Source of the DNA: Macrostomum hystrix
Lineage: Eukaryota; Animalia; Platyhelminthes
NCBI GenBank assembly: GCA_950097015.1
Contig: CATNEN010000001.1
Span: 2,108,001-2,172,000 of the forward strand
Reading direction: 5' to 3'
DNA: 64,000 nucleotides
Shown here: piece after piece, positions 23,315-36,840 of the stretch
Layout of the letters: each line of letters begins with the position of its first letter
How positions within the stretch are numbered: position 1 is the stretch's first letter
Made by a program: the position numbers and the translations under genes
The notes under the pieces: generated by a model
Seen by the model: the letters and a program-made list of their open reading frames with translations, nothing else
The model's database searches: none
Told to the model about the DNA's origin: nothing

Positions 23315-26300
23315 TCAGAATCGATGCTTTCTCCTGGCGACAGGAGCGGCAGCAGCTGGGGCGGCCAGATTGCTAGCCGAGGCGGTCACAGCGGCAGTTC
23401 TACGCAGTTGGACCAGCATCTTCCTGTGCGCCAGCAGTGACTCCTGCGATTCGGCTGTTCGCCTCTCGGCCCCAGCCAACAGGGCGCACACGTTGGCAAC
23501 AGCCTGCTGGCAGCGAGCTAGGAGCTGGCCACCACCGGCAGAAGATGGAGGCAGAAGGCGACGACTTTGTAGCAGCTCCGAGGCCGGCTGCGGACCGCCG
23601 TCGCCGGAGCCGCCAACTCCTGTGTCGATGGCGCCGTCGGCTGCCAGACGTTCAGCCAGGCGACAAACCGCGTCAACGTAAGCAGCTACGGCTTCTTGAT
23701 CGCGATTGGCTTCGGCCAGGCGTTGGCTAGCCGAGGCCAGCGCAGCTTCCAGCGTTGAAGCACGTTCGGAGATGGCTCGCTCTCGACCGTCGGTGACTTC
23801 GACGCGTTGACGCGATTCGCGAACAGCGGACAAGGCTTCGGCCAGGGTGCGGTCGCGTTCGGCGTCTTCGCCAGCCAGCGATTGGACGCGGGCAGTCAGG
23901 GCGGCCAACTGGCGACCTTGACGACGCTCGCGCTCCCTTGATGCGGCGAGCTCAGCTGACAGAGCCCGGTGCTCGTCTAGCGGTGCTGTCTCGCGACGGA
24001 GCCGCTCCTAGATGGACGAGGATTTAGTTCAATATGCACTTTAACATGATCTCGATAGGCCAGTCTGATTAGCAACAAGGCAATTTAGTCTACGTCAACC
24101 GCGAGTTGGGTTCGGCATGAACTAACTCTTACGAGATATTGAGACCCTCTTACGGCTCATTTTCAGCCGAGACATGCCACATAATCTCAGTAGATCCAAC
24201 ACCAAACGCCGACATCAATTATATGACGACGTCGAAGAGCCTCCGTTAGGACGCGTCAATGACACGGCCATTTCAACGCCACGTCAAAGAATTGCCGATT
24301 TATGTTCGTCGGTTCGCACGTCGCACCTATATTCACACTTAGTAGTTCGTTCGACAATTTGACACGGGATGGGACACATAAGCTGCTGCATTGATTAGAT
24401 CAGGGGTAGGCAAACTTATTTGCTGGCGGGCCAAAGAGAGAACCTAAAAGACGGCAGCGGGCCGCATTGGCTGTATAAATAAGAGATAGGGGAGAGATGA
24501 AACACGGGAGAGATAAGACAGGGGAGAGATTAGACACGGGAGAGATTAGACACGGGAGAGATGAGATACGGGAGAGATAAGACAGGGGAGAGATTAGACA
24601 CGGGAGAGATTAGACACGGGAGAGATGAGACACGGGAGCGATAAGACACGAGAGCGCTGAGACACGGGAGAGATAAGACACGAGAGCGATAAGACACAGG
24701 AGAGATTAGACACGGGAGAGATGAGACACGGGAGAGATTAGATACGAGAGAGATGAAACTGGACACTGTAGATGTCAGAAGGGGCAACGGGCCGGATTTG
24801 GGAGCTTCAAGGGCCGCATCTGGCCCGCGGGCCGGAGTTTGCCGACCCCTGGATTAGATGAACCACTTGCGTATTCAAGCGGTGATCATGCCATGTGGTG
24901 CTGGAAGCCACCAAGCATATGGATGAAAAAACAGGTGACGAAGTCTAAGTTGTCCTGTTCCGCGGGAATGCGTTGCGCAAATCCATTAATGTTCCGGTTT
25001 GCATGAATTGAGTCGATAGTGACTTCTAATGCGATCAATGATGTAGGAGTCCTACTGAATTGTACCGTCTTCCCCGTAATCGAGCCCGATGAGTCACTTT
25101 TTGACAGTTTCACTGGTACCATCGTACGTTATGCGTCGTCAGTGACACGCATATATGTTTTAGTCCCGCATGTTCAGAATTAGTTCGCGTAATTACGTCC
25201 GTCTGTTTTGCTATTTTTCAATTACTATTACTACGAGTACTACGTAGTACTGTTACCATTACTACTTTGCTATTACTAACCTGTCACTTGTCACACGAGA
25301 GATCACAGTTTGGGCAGAGTTATAACTGACTCGCGCTGTGCGATTAATTGTCGATTTCCGCGATTAAAACCCCGATTTCGTTTCGTTTATGTAATCCACT
25401 TAAAAATACAAGTATTTTTATAATTCTGTTAAAGTTTTAAAGAAATCCAATAAATATCGCATAGCAATCCCTAACCAATTCCGTCTCTAAAAGCTCACAA
25501 GTTTGAATTCTAAGCAATCGGAAGAATATTTCCAAAGCAATCGATTGTACTCTCACCGCCTCAGCCTCAGCCTGAGCCAGTTCGGCAACCGCACGATCTC
25601 GCTCCGATTCAGCAGCCGACAGACGCCTACAAAGAGCCAGGGCTCCTCGGTGCAGCCGCTCAGCGACGCCTCCTCCGCCGCCCAAGCCGCCGCCGCCAAG
25701 GAAGCGTGCCGGCTCGTTGTCGGACAGTAGAACAACAGCCGAAGCTGGCGGAAACATAGCGTCCAAATCGTCTAGCAGATGTCCGGCTGCTTGACGAGCG
25801 GCAACTCGCAGGTCCAACCGGTGCTGACTCTTTCTAGTTAATTCGGCGTGGGCGGCTCTGGCAGCCGATGCCAGACGGTCGCTGGCCAGCCAAGCTAGCA
25901 GCTGCTCGTTGGCATTGTTGGGGTTGGAATCGTTGCCAATGGCAACGTCGCCCAACCAGAGAGTGGACGATATTCTACTGTCGCGACTCGGGCGATTGCT
26001 AACGCTGATGAAACGATGAAGGCGCCGGGAGGCGATGACGGCGAGAACGGCCGCTCGGAATCTGTAGAGACGACGCCGGCGATGCGGCTGCAGCTGCTGG
26101 CTCTGACCTTCGAGTGTCTCGGCCAGCATTCGCAACTTGGCTGCCCGAGCCTCACTAGCCGCCAGAAGGTCCACCAGACAGCGTTTTTGCCGCTGCAGAC
26201 AGCGCCATCGACGGTTGAGAGGCACCAGAGCTGAAGCGACTAGAGCTAGTGCGGTTAGGAGCTCCGGGCATGTCGACAATGCTGACGCCGATGACGATGG

Positions 26301-29300
26301 TATAGGGTCAGCAACATTGTCGTCGTCTGATTTCTGCTGCTGCAATTGCTGCTGCTGCCGCACGTGTTGTTTCTGCTGCTCTAGCAGGGCCTCATAATGC
26401 TCAGTGAGTTCTCGCTTCTGTCGACGAAGTTCTTCGGCTGCGGCGGCCCAACGGGATTTCTCTTCGGCGACTGCCGAGTCAACATCGGCCAGGGCTCGGT
26501 CCCGACGATTCAGCTCGTCGCGAGAGTCGGCTGACGTGGGAAAGGTGGTCAGGGATAGGGGACACTGGCATGTCATTTGTGACACTAGATCCGCAGCCAG
26601 AGAGAAGGCAATTCTGCCGATTCCGCTGACTCCTGAGCACACACGCACACAGATACTGTACGCAGGCACACGCTCATATCTGCCCTGACTTTCTCATCGT
26701 CAGGCGGTGTACAATGTCACTGTGCCTTGGAACTTGGCTCTAAATGGCCCCCAAGCTTTCTCTCAAATTATGAAACTCACCAAGCAGTCCTCGCCAACCA
26801 TTGGCCTCTTTTAACAATGCGGCGACAGCCTCCGTCAGCCACTGTTGCACCTGTCCAGCTGTGAGCCGTTTAGAAGACTCGTCCAAACGACCACCCAACT
26901 GCAGGTAGAGAGCCTTCAAAAATGTCAATCTCTCAGCCTCCTCGCCGCGTCTTAAACGAACAATCCGATCCAGATCCTGCTGAAGTGCTAGACGCTGCTC
27001 CTTCTCAGTGTCTAGCTGACGCTTGGCGTCCGTGTACAGGCCGCGAATGCTGGCCTGACGGCGTTCAACCTCTGCTAGCTTGTCGCGAAGGCGTTTCACC
27101 TCGGCCGCATTGGCTGAGTCCGACTCTCGGCATGCCTTCAAATAATTTGAAGGGGGTCTGGGCGATGGTCTACTAGAATTGGTGCCCTATTAGACATGAG
27201 ACACACGGCCAGAGCACACATGAGTGTGTAAATCAGCACCGACTTTTAATTGTCAGGTAGTGTACATTCTCACTGTACCTTGGAAATGTTAGCCGAAGCC
27301 ATATGGGGGTTGGTGGCAGAGCGGTTAACGCGTTTACCTCTCGCACCAAGGTCCCAGAGCTCGATTCCGCGGCGAGGCCACATTTATTTGGGGCTCAGCC
27401 GCGGAGAGAAGACTTGGGGGCTTGTCGTGCAATTGACACCATCAAGGGCTAACCCCCGAAGGCAAGTGAAGTGTACGATGCCTGACGATGAGAAATACAA
27501 CGAATATACGTACCTATGCGAGTGTGTGCTCAGGAGTCAGCGGAATGGGCAGAATTGCCTCCTCGCTGGCTGGGGGTCTAGTGTCACCAAATGATGATGC
27601 CCTTTTGGAATCATTATTATTAATAGCACCAAATGATTTGGGTATTTTATTTCATTATTTTTTACCTGCAAACTTTTATCCTTCTGCCAAGCAGCCTCTC
27701 GCAGCTGTTTCACTGTGGCATTATGCTTGCCAGCTTCTGTGCGAAGCCCAGTCAAATCCTGCTCCAGTTGTTGCTGACGATCGCGTTGAGATTTTAATAA
27801 TTTGTTTAACTGATCCAGCACAACTTTGGGAGCGCGTAGAGTTGGGCCAGATTTCTGATTCGCCTCCTTAAAATGGGGCGTTTAGTAATAAGAATCTGAG
27901 TTTTTTTAACAAAACATGTGTAATTCGCTTATATGCTAATATTTCTACTTGAAGTAGGCAACTTAAAAACGAACGCGCCTTTTACGTCTAAATAGTGAAG
28001 GAACGAAAAGAGTAATAAATTGATTGCTCACCAAATGCTTGTCGCAAGCATTCTGAACTTGACGAATAAAAGCTTTAAAAGATTTGTCTAAATCGTTGAG
28101 TCGTTCACCCTGAACTTCGGCCTCCGATTGTAGCCGAGCTAGGGCGCCCTCCGCTTCGGCCAGCTTGGTTTCTAGTCGACCGCGCTGCTTTTCTCTGGCG
28201 CGCACCTGTCGGAGTTTGAGGTAATTTAACGTCTTAAGATTGTACCGCGTATAGGATAGGAAGTTTATTTACAAAATTACAAATTTCTTGTATTTCGATA
28301 CATATCGGCCTAAATCAGTAAATTGTTTTAAACAGGGGAATGTCAAGTGGTGTGCTACCTCCTCCTCCAGACAGGAACGCTGGCCGCTAGCTTCAGTCTC
28401 CAGGCGTTCAAATTGTTCCCGATAACACCTTGCCCCCTGTCGCTCCTCTCGAAGCCGTTCTTCCAGTTCGGCTAGCCGATTTTCAGCATCGAGCTTCTCG
28501 GCGACGGTGGACTGCAGGCGAGCTTCACACTCGTCCAGCGCCAGCTGGTTGGTCTCGGAGCGAAGCTTCTCAGCGGTGCGGGCTTCACGTTCGGCGGCTA
28601 TTTCAGCCGACAGCGACTGATTTCGACGATCGGCTTCGTTGATGGCCGTTGCTAACTCGCGACACCGATCAGCTAGGCGGAGACATTCGGCAGCCTGGTC
28701 GGCGTTGGACCGTTCGGCCGTCTGTAGCGACTGGCGCTGCTCTGCTGCGTCGTTTAGGGCCGCCTTGTGACGCCTGGGAAATAACGATTGGCAATAGAGA
28801 ATCAATTGCGTTAACTGTGAAGCTGCATGTAGGATTCGAACCCACGACCTTCCCCAACCTAGCCAAAGACTTTATTGCTGCGCCACTAAGCCCCTTCTTA
28901 TCTAAAAGATGTTCAGATAATTTTTTAGAAGTAGAACCTACCAAGGAATGGAATTCCCCCCAGTGAAAATGTCTGTGCTGCACCCGAACGGAGCAATGCA
29001 AGCACACCTCTATTATACACGATTTAGCACTGCGCCTCAGGCCTTCAAAATGTATCAGCATGTCACCCGAATGTGCCTGCATCATCTCCGTCTTCGGTGG
29101 TCACCAACCTTTATCTAGACGGATTTTCTGAACCTTCGAGAGCTACAACAGATGAAACTAGGCCACTATGGACACCCTGAGGCAAATTTCTCCAATTTCA
29201 CTGATCAAGCCTAAATATTACCACCCAACGCTGTTAGCATTCAAAAAGGGGAGGCAAATGGCTTGGTACTGTTAAGTACTCACGATTCTAAATCACTCTT

Positions 29301-31585
29301 TTCGCTAAGCAATTTTTGCATCTCTTGTCGAACCGAGTCCAAGTCAGAGTTGCGAGTCTCCAAAACGCCGCCCTGAAAGAAAAACAAAATACGCCCAATT
29401 TTGCAAAAACAAGTCGGTAAAGTTCGTTTAAAATCGAAAAAATCTGGAAAAAATTACTAACCAGATGTCGAATTTTATCGGCCAGGTCGTTCTCGCGGTT
29501 AGCTTGCTCCGCAGCACGCTGTTGAAAAGCAGCCCTGGCAGCCGTCAGCTCTTCCTGTAGGCTGTCTAGCTGCTCTGCGAATGACGGAATAAAAATAATG
29601 GGATACCCATTGACTACTGCTTTTGTGTCTTGCATTAAGAGTACTTGGAACACGCCTACAAAAACCAGCACTTCAAAATTAGACAACTGGGAATTTGGCA
29701 ACCTAATCCGATAAGAAAGCGCGTTTTAAACAATCGATTCCGATAAGAACACGGCTAATAGACATCCTATTCCTATAAGAACACGGCTAATAGACATCCT
29801 ATTCCGATAAGAACACGGCTAATAGACATCCTATTCCGATAAGAACACGGCTAATAGACATCCTATTCCGATAAGAACACGGCTAATAGACATCCTATTC
29901 CGATAAGAACACGGCTAATAGACATCCTATTCCGATAAGAACACGGCTAATAGACATCCTATTCCGATAAGAACACGGCTAATAGACATCCTATTCCGAT
30001 AAGAACACGGCTAATAGACATCCTATTCCGATAAGAACACGGCTAATAGACATCCTATTCCGATAAGAACACGGCTAATAGACATCCTATTCCGATAAGA
30101 ACACGGCTAATAGACATCCTATTCCGATAAGAACACGGCTAATAGACATCCTATTCCGATAAGAACACGGCTAATAGACATCCTATTCCGATAAGAACAC
30201 GGCTAATAGACATCCTATTCCGATAAGAACACGGCTAATAGACATCCTATTCCGATAAGAACACGGCTAATAGACAGCCTATTCCGATAAGAACACGGCT
30301 ATTAGACAACCGAATCCCATTAGAACACGTGAATTAGAAAACCGAATCCCATTAGAACACGTGAATTAGACAACCGAATCCCATTAGAACACGTGAATTA
30401 GACAACCGAATCCCATTAGAACACGTGAATTAGACAACCGAATCCCATTAGAACACGTGAATTAGACAACCGAATCCCATTAGAACACGTGAATTAGACA
30501 ACCGAATCCCATTAGAACACGTGAATTTGACAACCGAATCCCATTAGAACACGTGAATTTGACAACCGAATCACATTAGAACACGTGAATTAGACAACCG
30601 AATCCCATTAGAACACGTGAATTAGACAACCGAATCCCATTAGAACACGTGAATTAGACAACCGAATCCCATTAGAACACGTGAATTAGACAACCGAACC
30701 CCATTAGAACACGTGAATTAGACAACCGAATCCCATTAGAACACGTGAATTAGACAACCGAATCCCATTAGGACACGTGAATTAGAAAACCGAATCACAT
30801 TAGAACACGTGAATTTGACAACCGAATCACATTAGGACACGTGAATTTGACAACCGAATCCCATTAGAACACGTGAATTAGACAACCGAATCACATTAGG
30901 ACACGTGAATTTGACAACCGAATCACATTAGGACACGTGAATTAGACAACCGAATCCCATTAGAACACGTGAATTAGACAACCGAATCCCATTAGAACAC
31001 GTGAATTAGACAACCGAATCACATTAGAACACGTGAATTAGACAACCGAATCCCATTAGAACACGTGAAATAGACAACCGAATCCCATGGCTTCATTGGC
31101 AGACACTCACTCGCATGCCCGGCCTTCAACTCATCGAGCTCCCTGTCTCTGAGTCGTCTGTCTCGTTCTCTATCAGCCAACTCGGCTCGCAGCCTGGCCA
31201 GCTCGCACTCGGAGCCGCTGGCGCTAGCCGCGCTTCTCTCGGCGTCGGCGCGTACTCGAGCCACTTCGGCGCGCAGATCGCATTCTCTCTTGTTAGCCTC
31301 GCCAGCTTCGTACACTCGATCTCTCTGACTGCTGGCTAATTCCTTTCTAGCCGTTAACAATTGTTGGCGCAGTACTTCAGCTTCGGCGCGTGTACTTCTC
31401 AGATCCTGGCGCAAGAATAACATCTGGTCGGCCGGTTCTACTTCGTCGTCTTCTTCTTCCTCGTCTGCGTCGAATTGTTCCGCGTCCTCCTTGGTGTGAT
31501 TGCTGTCTGGTTTGGCGCCAATAAATCTATTAGCGATAACTGGCACTTCGGCGCTAATATTGGCACGCCTTTGGCTGCGTTGCAT
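23315..31585 (-). CDS. CCDC171: Coiled-coil domain-containing protein 171-like, 9 coding exons
   Basis: Exons 31585-31111, 29574-29462, 29372-29284, 28773-28359, 28205-28032, 27866-27666, ~27186-26781, 26530-25557 and 24007-23315 join in frame with GT-AG introns. Long coiled coils; motifs LRAEVARVRADAER..ECELA and YRFRAAVLAVIASRRL resemble CCDC171 (recognised from memory). Confidence 0.75.
24401..24851. mobile_element. hAT (Buster/Charlie-type) MITE with internal 16-bp satellite
   Basis: CAGGGGTAGGCAAACT ... AGTTTGCCGACCCCTG, with 8-bp TSD GATTAGAT (NNNTANNN). Confidence 0.92.
26570..26760 (-). mobile_element. Partial SINE family 1 copy (intronic)
   Basis: Reverse complement of the SINE body (GCAGAATTGCC..GCTGCGGATCTAGTGTCAC). 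Confidence 0.75.
27305..27625 (+). mobile_element. tRNA-derived SINE family 1 copy (intronic)
   Basis: TGGCAGAGCGG A box, CTCGATTCC B box, shared body and ATT tail. Confidence 0.85.
28930..29275. mobile_element. Degraded copy of the TTAA-flanked MITE
   Basis: Shares GCATGTCACCCGAATGTGCCTGCATCATCTCCGTCTTCGGTGGTCACC and the ACTGTTAA end with copies A and B. Confidence 0.75.
29735..31090. repeat. Compound 32-bp minisatellite (variant A 29735-30300, variant B 30300-31090) in intron 1 of the CCDC171-like gene
   Basis: A: TAATAGACATCCTATTCCGATAAGAACACGGC. B: AATTAGACAACCGAATCCCATTAGAACACGTG. Confidence 0.97.
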
Positions 31586-32322
31586 AGTGAAAATTATTTT
31601 ATATTAGCGGGCACAGAGACGACCAGAGGAGGGCAGAAGTAGAAGATTTCTCTCTTTCTGTACCAGCCTTGAGTAGAACTCAAAAAGCAGTTCGGAATGG
31701 TTAGTAAACCTGTAAAAACAGAAATAATTTTCTTTAGTTTTGTTAATAGTTAGCTGAAGTTATTCTTTCAGTTCTGTATTCGCAAAAACACCTGACTCTT
31801 GAGTCTGATGCGGTCTCACAAACTGAATTAATTCATTCTTAAAATGCTTTATGAAAATTTTGCTAACGTCTTTTATATTATTCTATTCATTATTTCGACA
31901 TTCTTTTTATCTATCTTGAAGCGCTGACTAAAGCAGTAGGGGGCCCAGTTCTAAAGCTGTGAGATGTTTCTGAACTCCGTCTGACAACACGTATCTACTA
32001 TAATATAATGGGTGTCACCTAGCCACTTGCGCATACCCATCTGTGTCCATTAGATAAATAAGAGCTCCTATTGTGCCAGGGATTAAGTTAGGTGACAAGT
32101 TTCGGGTGAAAATTAGCTTTTAGAATGGCTGCCTGCTGATGTTTACAATGTGTTGAACTAATCCCTACTTAATCACTAAGGCTTAGAGACAGTTCTTGAC
32201 AAAAATTATTTAACAGAACAATGACCACGGGGAAAATGGCGTAATCTTTCTACTGTTAAAGACAGGACACAACAGAGCTATTTTAAACCACTGATAAAAT
32301 TATCTCTAGTATTTACGAGTAG

Positions 32323-32932
32323 CAGTAGAACTACCAAGGGGGGGGGGAATCCCCCCCCTGACAATTTCTTTTGCTGCACCCGAACGGAACAATGCAAGCA
32401 CACGAAACTCAAGAACACGGGCCAACTTTTTGTTGCGCATCTTCTGAAACAAGAAACAAGTCGCCAGCTCTTCAGACCGTCGAGATATTCAATGTTTCTG
32501 GCCGAAGGTCCGATTTTTCCCATAAGAGCTAGTGTATTTCATACACCCCTATACACGAATTTGCACTGCGCCTCGGTGCGGCCTTGCCAGACCTTCAAAC
32601 TTTATCAGCATGTCACCCGAATTTGCTTGCATCATCTCCATCTTTGGTGGTCACCTACCTTTATCTAGACGGACTGCGGGACCTTCAAATGCAAAAAATG
32701 TGCAGAAATAGGCCACTCTGGACACCCTGACGCGAATTTCTAAAATTTCACTGCCGAAGCCTAAATATTAGGCTCAGCTCAACCACAGTACACCATCGCC
32801 TAGTCTGTCAACCAATCAGTCACCACCCTACGCGGTTAGCTTTCAGGCGCTGCCAAAAAATGTTCTCAGGGGGGGTAATTCCCACCCCCTTGGTATAAAA
32901 ACGGGCGGCAAAATGGCTTGGTAGTCCTACTG
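32323..32932. mobile_element. TTAA-flanked MITE, copy B (inverted relative to copy A)
   Basis: CAGTAGAACTACCAAG ... CTTGGTAGTCCTACTG|TTAA. The internal sequence is highly similar to the reverse complement of 8645-9224. Confidence 0.9.
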
Positions 32933-33689
32933 TTAAGAAACATAATAATAGAGTTCACTGGATGCTCTAAAGGCGGCGGCTTTGTACAACTATCCAGTCC
33001 GTGGACAGTGGATTTTTTATTATCTCAAATTGAGTAGACTTACTATTATCGCCCAATAAATAAACCAAACATAGAAGCCAAAAAGCTAGTAAAAAAAGAA
33101 TCGATTATATATGTTTATATTTGTTTATAAGGAAACAAAGTTAATTTATAAAAAACAAAGGACGGAAACTTTAGCTGTTAACAGTAGAACTTTGAAAAAA
33201 TAGCAAATAATTTTAGTTATTGTTTTTTCCGCTATTTCTGGTTTGGCAGGGAAGACAAGCAAAAGTTCATTAATTGCGTACACTTTTAGTTAAGTTAGTA
33301 TCAGGTTAGAATGAACACATCTAAACAAGAAAATCTTTCATTCGAAATAATAAAAACCGTAACCTTTCTAGTCTACTTTCGGTCAGTAGGACTGTATGGA
33401 GGCTACTTGTCAATTACATAGAATAGTAGAAACAAAAAGGCAACAATAAAAACACTATTTATATACGAATAATGTATAGAGAAAGTTGAAAAATCTCACA
33501 TAGAGATTCTAGAGAGAAATATCACAATGCTACAAAGTTTCAGTAAGGCTTTAAACTTAGTTAAAACAAAATAAATTAAGTCTGTCTGAAGACGCAGTTA
33601 ATTGGTTTTTTGTTATTTCCAAAGAAAATTAAATTTTAGTCAGTCATCTTGTGGATGCAATTTTAACAAAACAGTAAGCCTCGGACACA

Positions 33690-34062
33690 CGGGGGTCGGT
33701 GGCAGAGCGGCTATCGCGTTTGCCTCTCGTACCAAGGTCCCTAAGTTCGATTCCACGGCGAGGCCACATTCATTTTGGGGCGCAGCCGCGGAGAGAAGGC
33801 TTTGGGGGCTTGTCGTGCAATTTACGCCCTTGAGAGCCAACCCCCAAGGCACAGTGAGAGTGTACACTGCCTGACGATGAGAAAGTCAGTGCAGATGTAC
33901 ACACCTGTGTGAGTGTGTGCCTGCGTACAGTATCTGTGTGCGTGTATGCTCAGGAGCCAGCGAAATGGGCAGAATTGCCTCCTCGCTGGCTGCGGGTCTA
34001 GTGTCACTAAGTGATGTGCTACTGCCCGCAGCCCTCCTGCAATTATTATTATTATTATTATT
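33690..34062 (+). mobile_element. tRNA-derived SINE family 1, near full length
   Basis: A box TGGCAGAGCGG, B box GTTCGATTCC, conserved body and (ATT)n tail. Confidence 0.9.
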
Positions 34063-34196
34063 AAAGTTCCGACACAAAATACTAAAGCAGATTACTGGCC
34101 TACAAGGAAACTTGTTAGGAATAATAATCTAGAGAAATTAGTAGCAAGACCGCTTGAAAATGTATTTTGTAATTCGATTCATCAAAGCAAACTATT

Positions 34197-36693
34197 TCAA
34201 ACTTCCCTCGAACTGCAGGCCTCCAAAAACACCAGCTGATCCACCAGGAAACAATCAGCCAAGCGGGGATGCATCGAAGCCAGACGATCCTGCAGTTCAG
34301 CCTCCTTCCAATTCGGCTGGCCTCGAGCCTGGCGCAGGAAGGTCACCAGGCGATCGAAGGTGTCCTTGGACAGCCTGGCAAGAGCTTGTCGACGAAGCTG
34401 GTCGATTCGCGTCGACCTGGATGCCGGGGTGAAACAGACGCTGTCCGCGACGCTTGGCAGAGCTGCCAGGCTGTCAATCTGTTCAACCAGATCGGCGCCC
34501 GGATGCGGCTGCAAAGCGGCAGCCTCCTCTTCGTCATCGTCGTCGTCATCATCGAGATTGTCGCGCCCGTCGTTAGAGTCAGCATCGGCGTCGGACAGAT
34601 CGGCGTCGTCTCTGGCGCCGCCGACAATGGACGAATCAGCATTGGCGTTTAGGAGGCTCATACCGGTGGTGCCTGGCTCGACGCGTAGAATACCATCGCG
34701 CGGAGTGGCGGCAGTCAGCAGTGGCACGGAGCCGATGTCATAGTGCAGGCTAGATTGTCCGCGTCGCCATTTCTTAGAGCTGCTTACGGACCGCCCGCCT
34801 GAGGAGCCGTACAGAGCGCGGCTGATGGCATCCTGGCCAGGTGGAACTTCGGCTTTGCCTACCAGACGACTGTCGCAGCGCATCGGCTCCGGCGCAGTCA
34901 AGCTGCCACCGCCGCCGCCTCCAGCGCCGTTGCGCAACTCGCGCATGCGTCTCTCCCAGTCGGCTTCGCAGGCCAAAGTCAGGCTGACACGACCGCGCCC
35001 ATTGTAGGGCAGTTGAATGTCTGGCAATGTCACTAGCGGTCCGCCAATGCCACCATCGTCGCCATCGCGATCGCCGCCACCATCGGCGTCGTCGCCGTCA
35101 CCGCGTCGTCGACCGGCTCCGCCGCGCACTTCGGCTATTAGTCGCTCCTCCTCCAGTCTGGCAGCTTCGGCGGCGCGTTCGCGAGCTTCGGCGGCCCTGG
35201 CAGCGGCCTCTCGTCTGGCTAGCACTCTAGCAATGTCCGGATCGCTTTCTAGAAGGTCCTGGCGTAGGGCGCGCAGATGCTGACCGAAATACTTGCTACC
35301 GAGGAGACCCACTGAGCGTTCGCGCTCCTCTGGGACTGGGCGCAGCAGGGCGTCAATTCCTGACAGCAGCTCTGCGCCGTATTGGCGAGGTCCGCTGGGC
35401 AACGGATTGCGGCGATTGCGCACCACGTTGTACACCTGGCGACGTTGGCAGAGCGTTTGAGTACTTGCAAACCTCCTGCACACCTGAATATACCCCCTGC
35501 ACACCTGAATATACCTCCTGCACACCTGAATATACCTCCTACACACCTGAATATACTTCCTGCACACCTGAATACAACTCCTGCACACCTGAATATACCT
35601 CCTGCACACCTGAATATACCTCCTACACACCTGAATATACTTCCTGCACACCTGAATATACCTCCTACACACCTGAATATACTTCCTGCACACCTGAATA
35701 TACTTCCTGCACACCTGAATATAACTCCTGCACACCTGAATATACCCCCTGCACATCTCTGAATATACCTCCTGCACACCTGAATATGCCTCCTGCACAC
35801 CTGAATATACCTCCTGCACACCTGAATATACCTCCTGCACACCTCTGAATACACTTGCACACCTGGACATAAATGAAGCACACCGAATGCACTCACCACT
35901 CCCATCATACTCTGGGAGTCGAAGGCATATCGCAGATGGCACATCTCGAACAGAATACAGCCCAGAGACCACAAGTCGCACTGCGAAGTGACACCATCGT
36001 GACGCAAGACCTCTGGGCTAGTGTAGTGCGGCGTGCCATAGAAGATGGACGTTGTAGCCTTGTGATGGCCAAGCATTAGCAGCGATGGACAGAGGTCGCC
36101 AACTCGAATCCTGCCGCCGTCGAGGAATACGTTGCTAGATTTCAAATTGCGATGAATAATGCCCCTACTATGCAGATAGCGAACTGCTAGGCACAGTTGA
36201 ACAAACCACGACGCGATTTGAGACTCGGGCAGAAAGCGTCCGGTCTGAAAAAATCGATTATTTTGAATCTGGACAATCCTTAATCCATAAAATTCCTAGA
36301 TTAAAAATCAATCAATAAAGTTAAATTCACCTGTTTACACGCGATCAGCACTTGACCAAGATCTCCCTGATCCCAAAATGGCGACACTGAGCAATAGAAT
36401 TCCCCATCTAAAAAGCTTTCTAATGGAGGCGACAGTAGCAGATGACGCAGCTGGCTCAGCGCCTCGGCTTCGCCCATCAGTTGTCGAAGCTGACTCTGTC
36501 CCAGTTGTCCAACGTGGATTTCTTTCAGAGTGCGCAGCGGACTATCTTCGGCTTGCAGATCTCGGACTAAATAGGCCACACCGTCTATGCCAAGATTGCC
36601 TAGTCTGCGCACTATTTCGTATCGATTGCGCACAATTCGCGGCTGAGTGACGCCGTCTTCATCTTCGCACACACTGCCTCTGCTAGATGGCAT
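34197..36693 (-). CDS. NEK11-like NIMA-related kinase, probable pseudokinase, 3 coding exons
   Basis: Exons 36693-36331, 36244-35897 and 35435-34197. Kinase fold: RYEIVRRLG, TLKEIHVG, HRNLKSSNVFL, GDLC, GTPHYTSPE, DLWSLGCILFEM. NEK11-type C-terminus: IDQLRRQAL..TFDRLVTFLRQAR..DCFLVDQLVFLE. Confidence 0.85.
35470..35870. repeat. 21-bp intronic minisatellite (CCTCCTGCACACCTGAATATA)n
   Basis: About 18 units filling intron 2 of the NEK11-like gene. Confidence 0.95.
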
Positions 36694-36840
36694 TGTTTAG
36701 CTCTACTGATTATTTTAATTGGCTTCTCTGAAGAATTCATTTGTAGATGAAATAGATTATTAAGTAAGAAAATGATACAAATGTTGCCCCTAATTTAAGA
36801 TTAACTACTCTTAGTTAGATTCACAATAAAACCAGACTTA

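Noticed and set aside
28825-28870. tRNA gene (GGTTCGAATCC B box on the minus strand)
   Set aside because: No complete cloverleaf; likely a SINE head fragment.
35436-35896. (IQVCRRY)n insertion within the kinase ORF
   Set aside because: A 461-nt GT-AG intron; removing it restores kinase subdomains X-XI and retaining it causes a frameshift.
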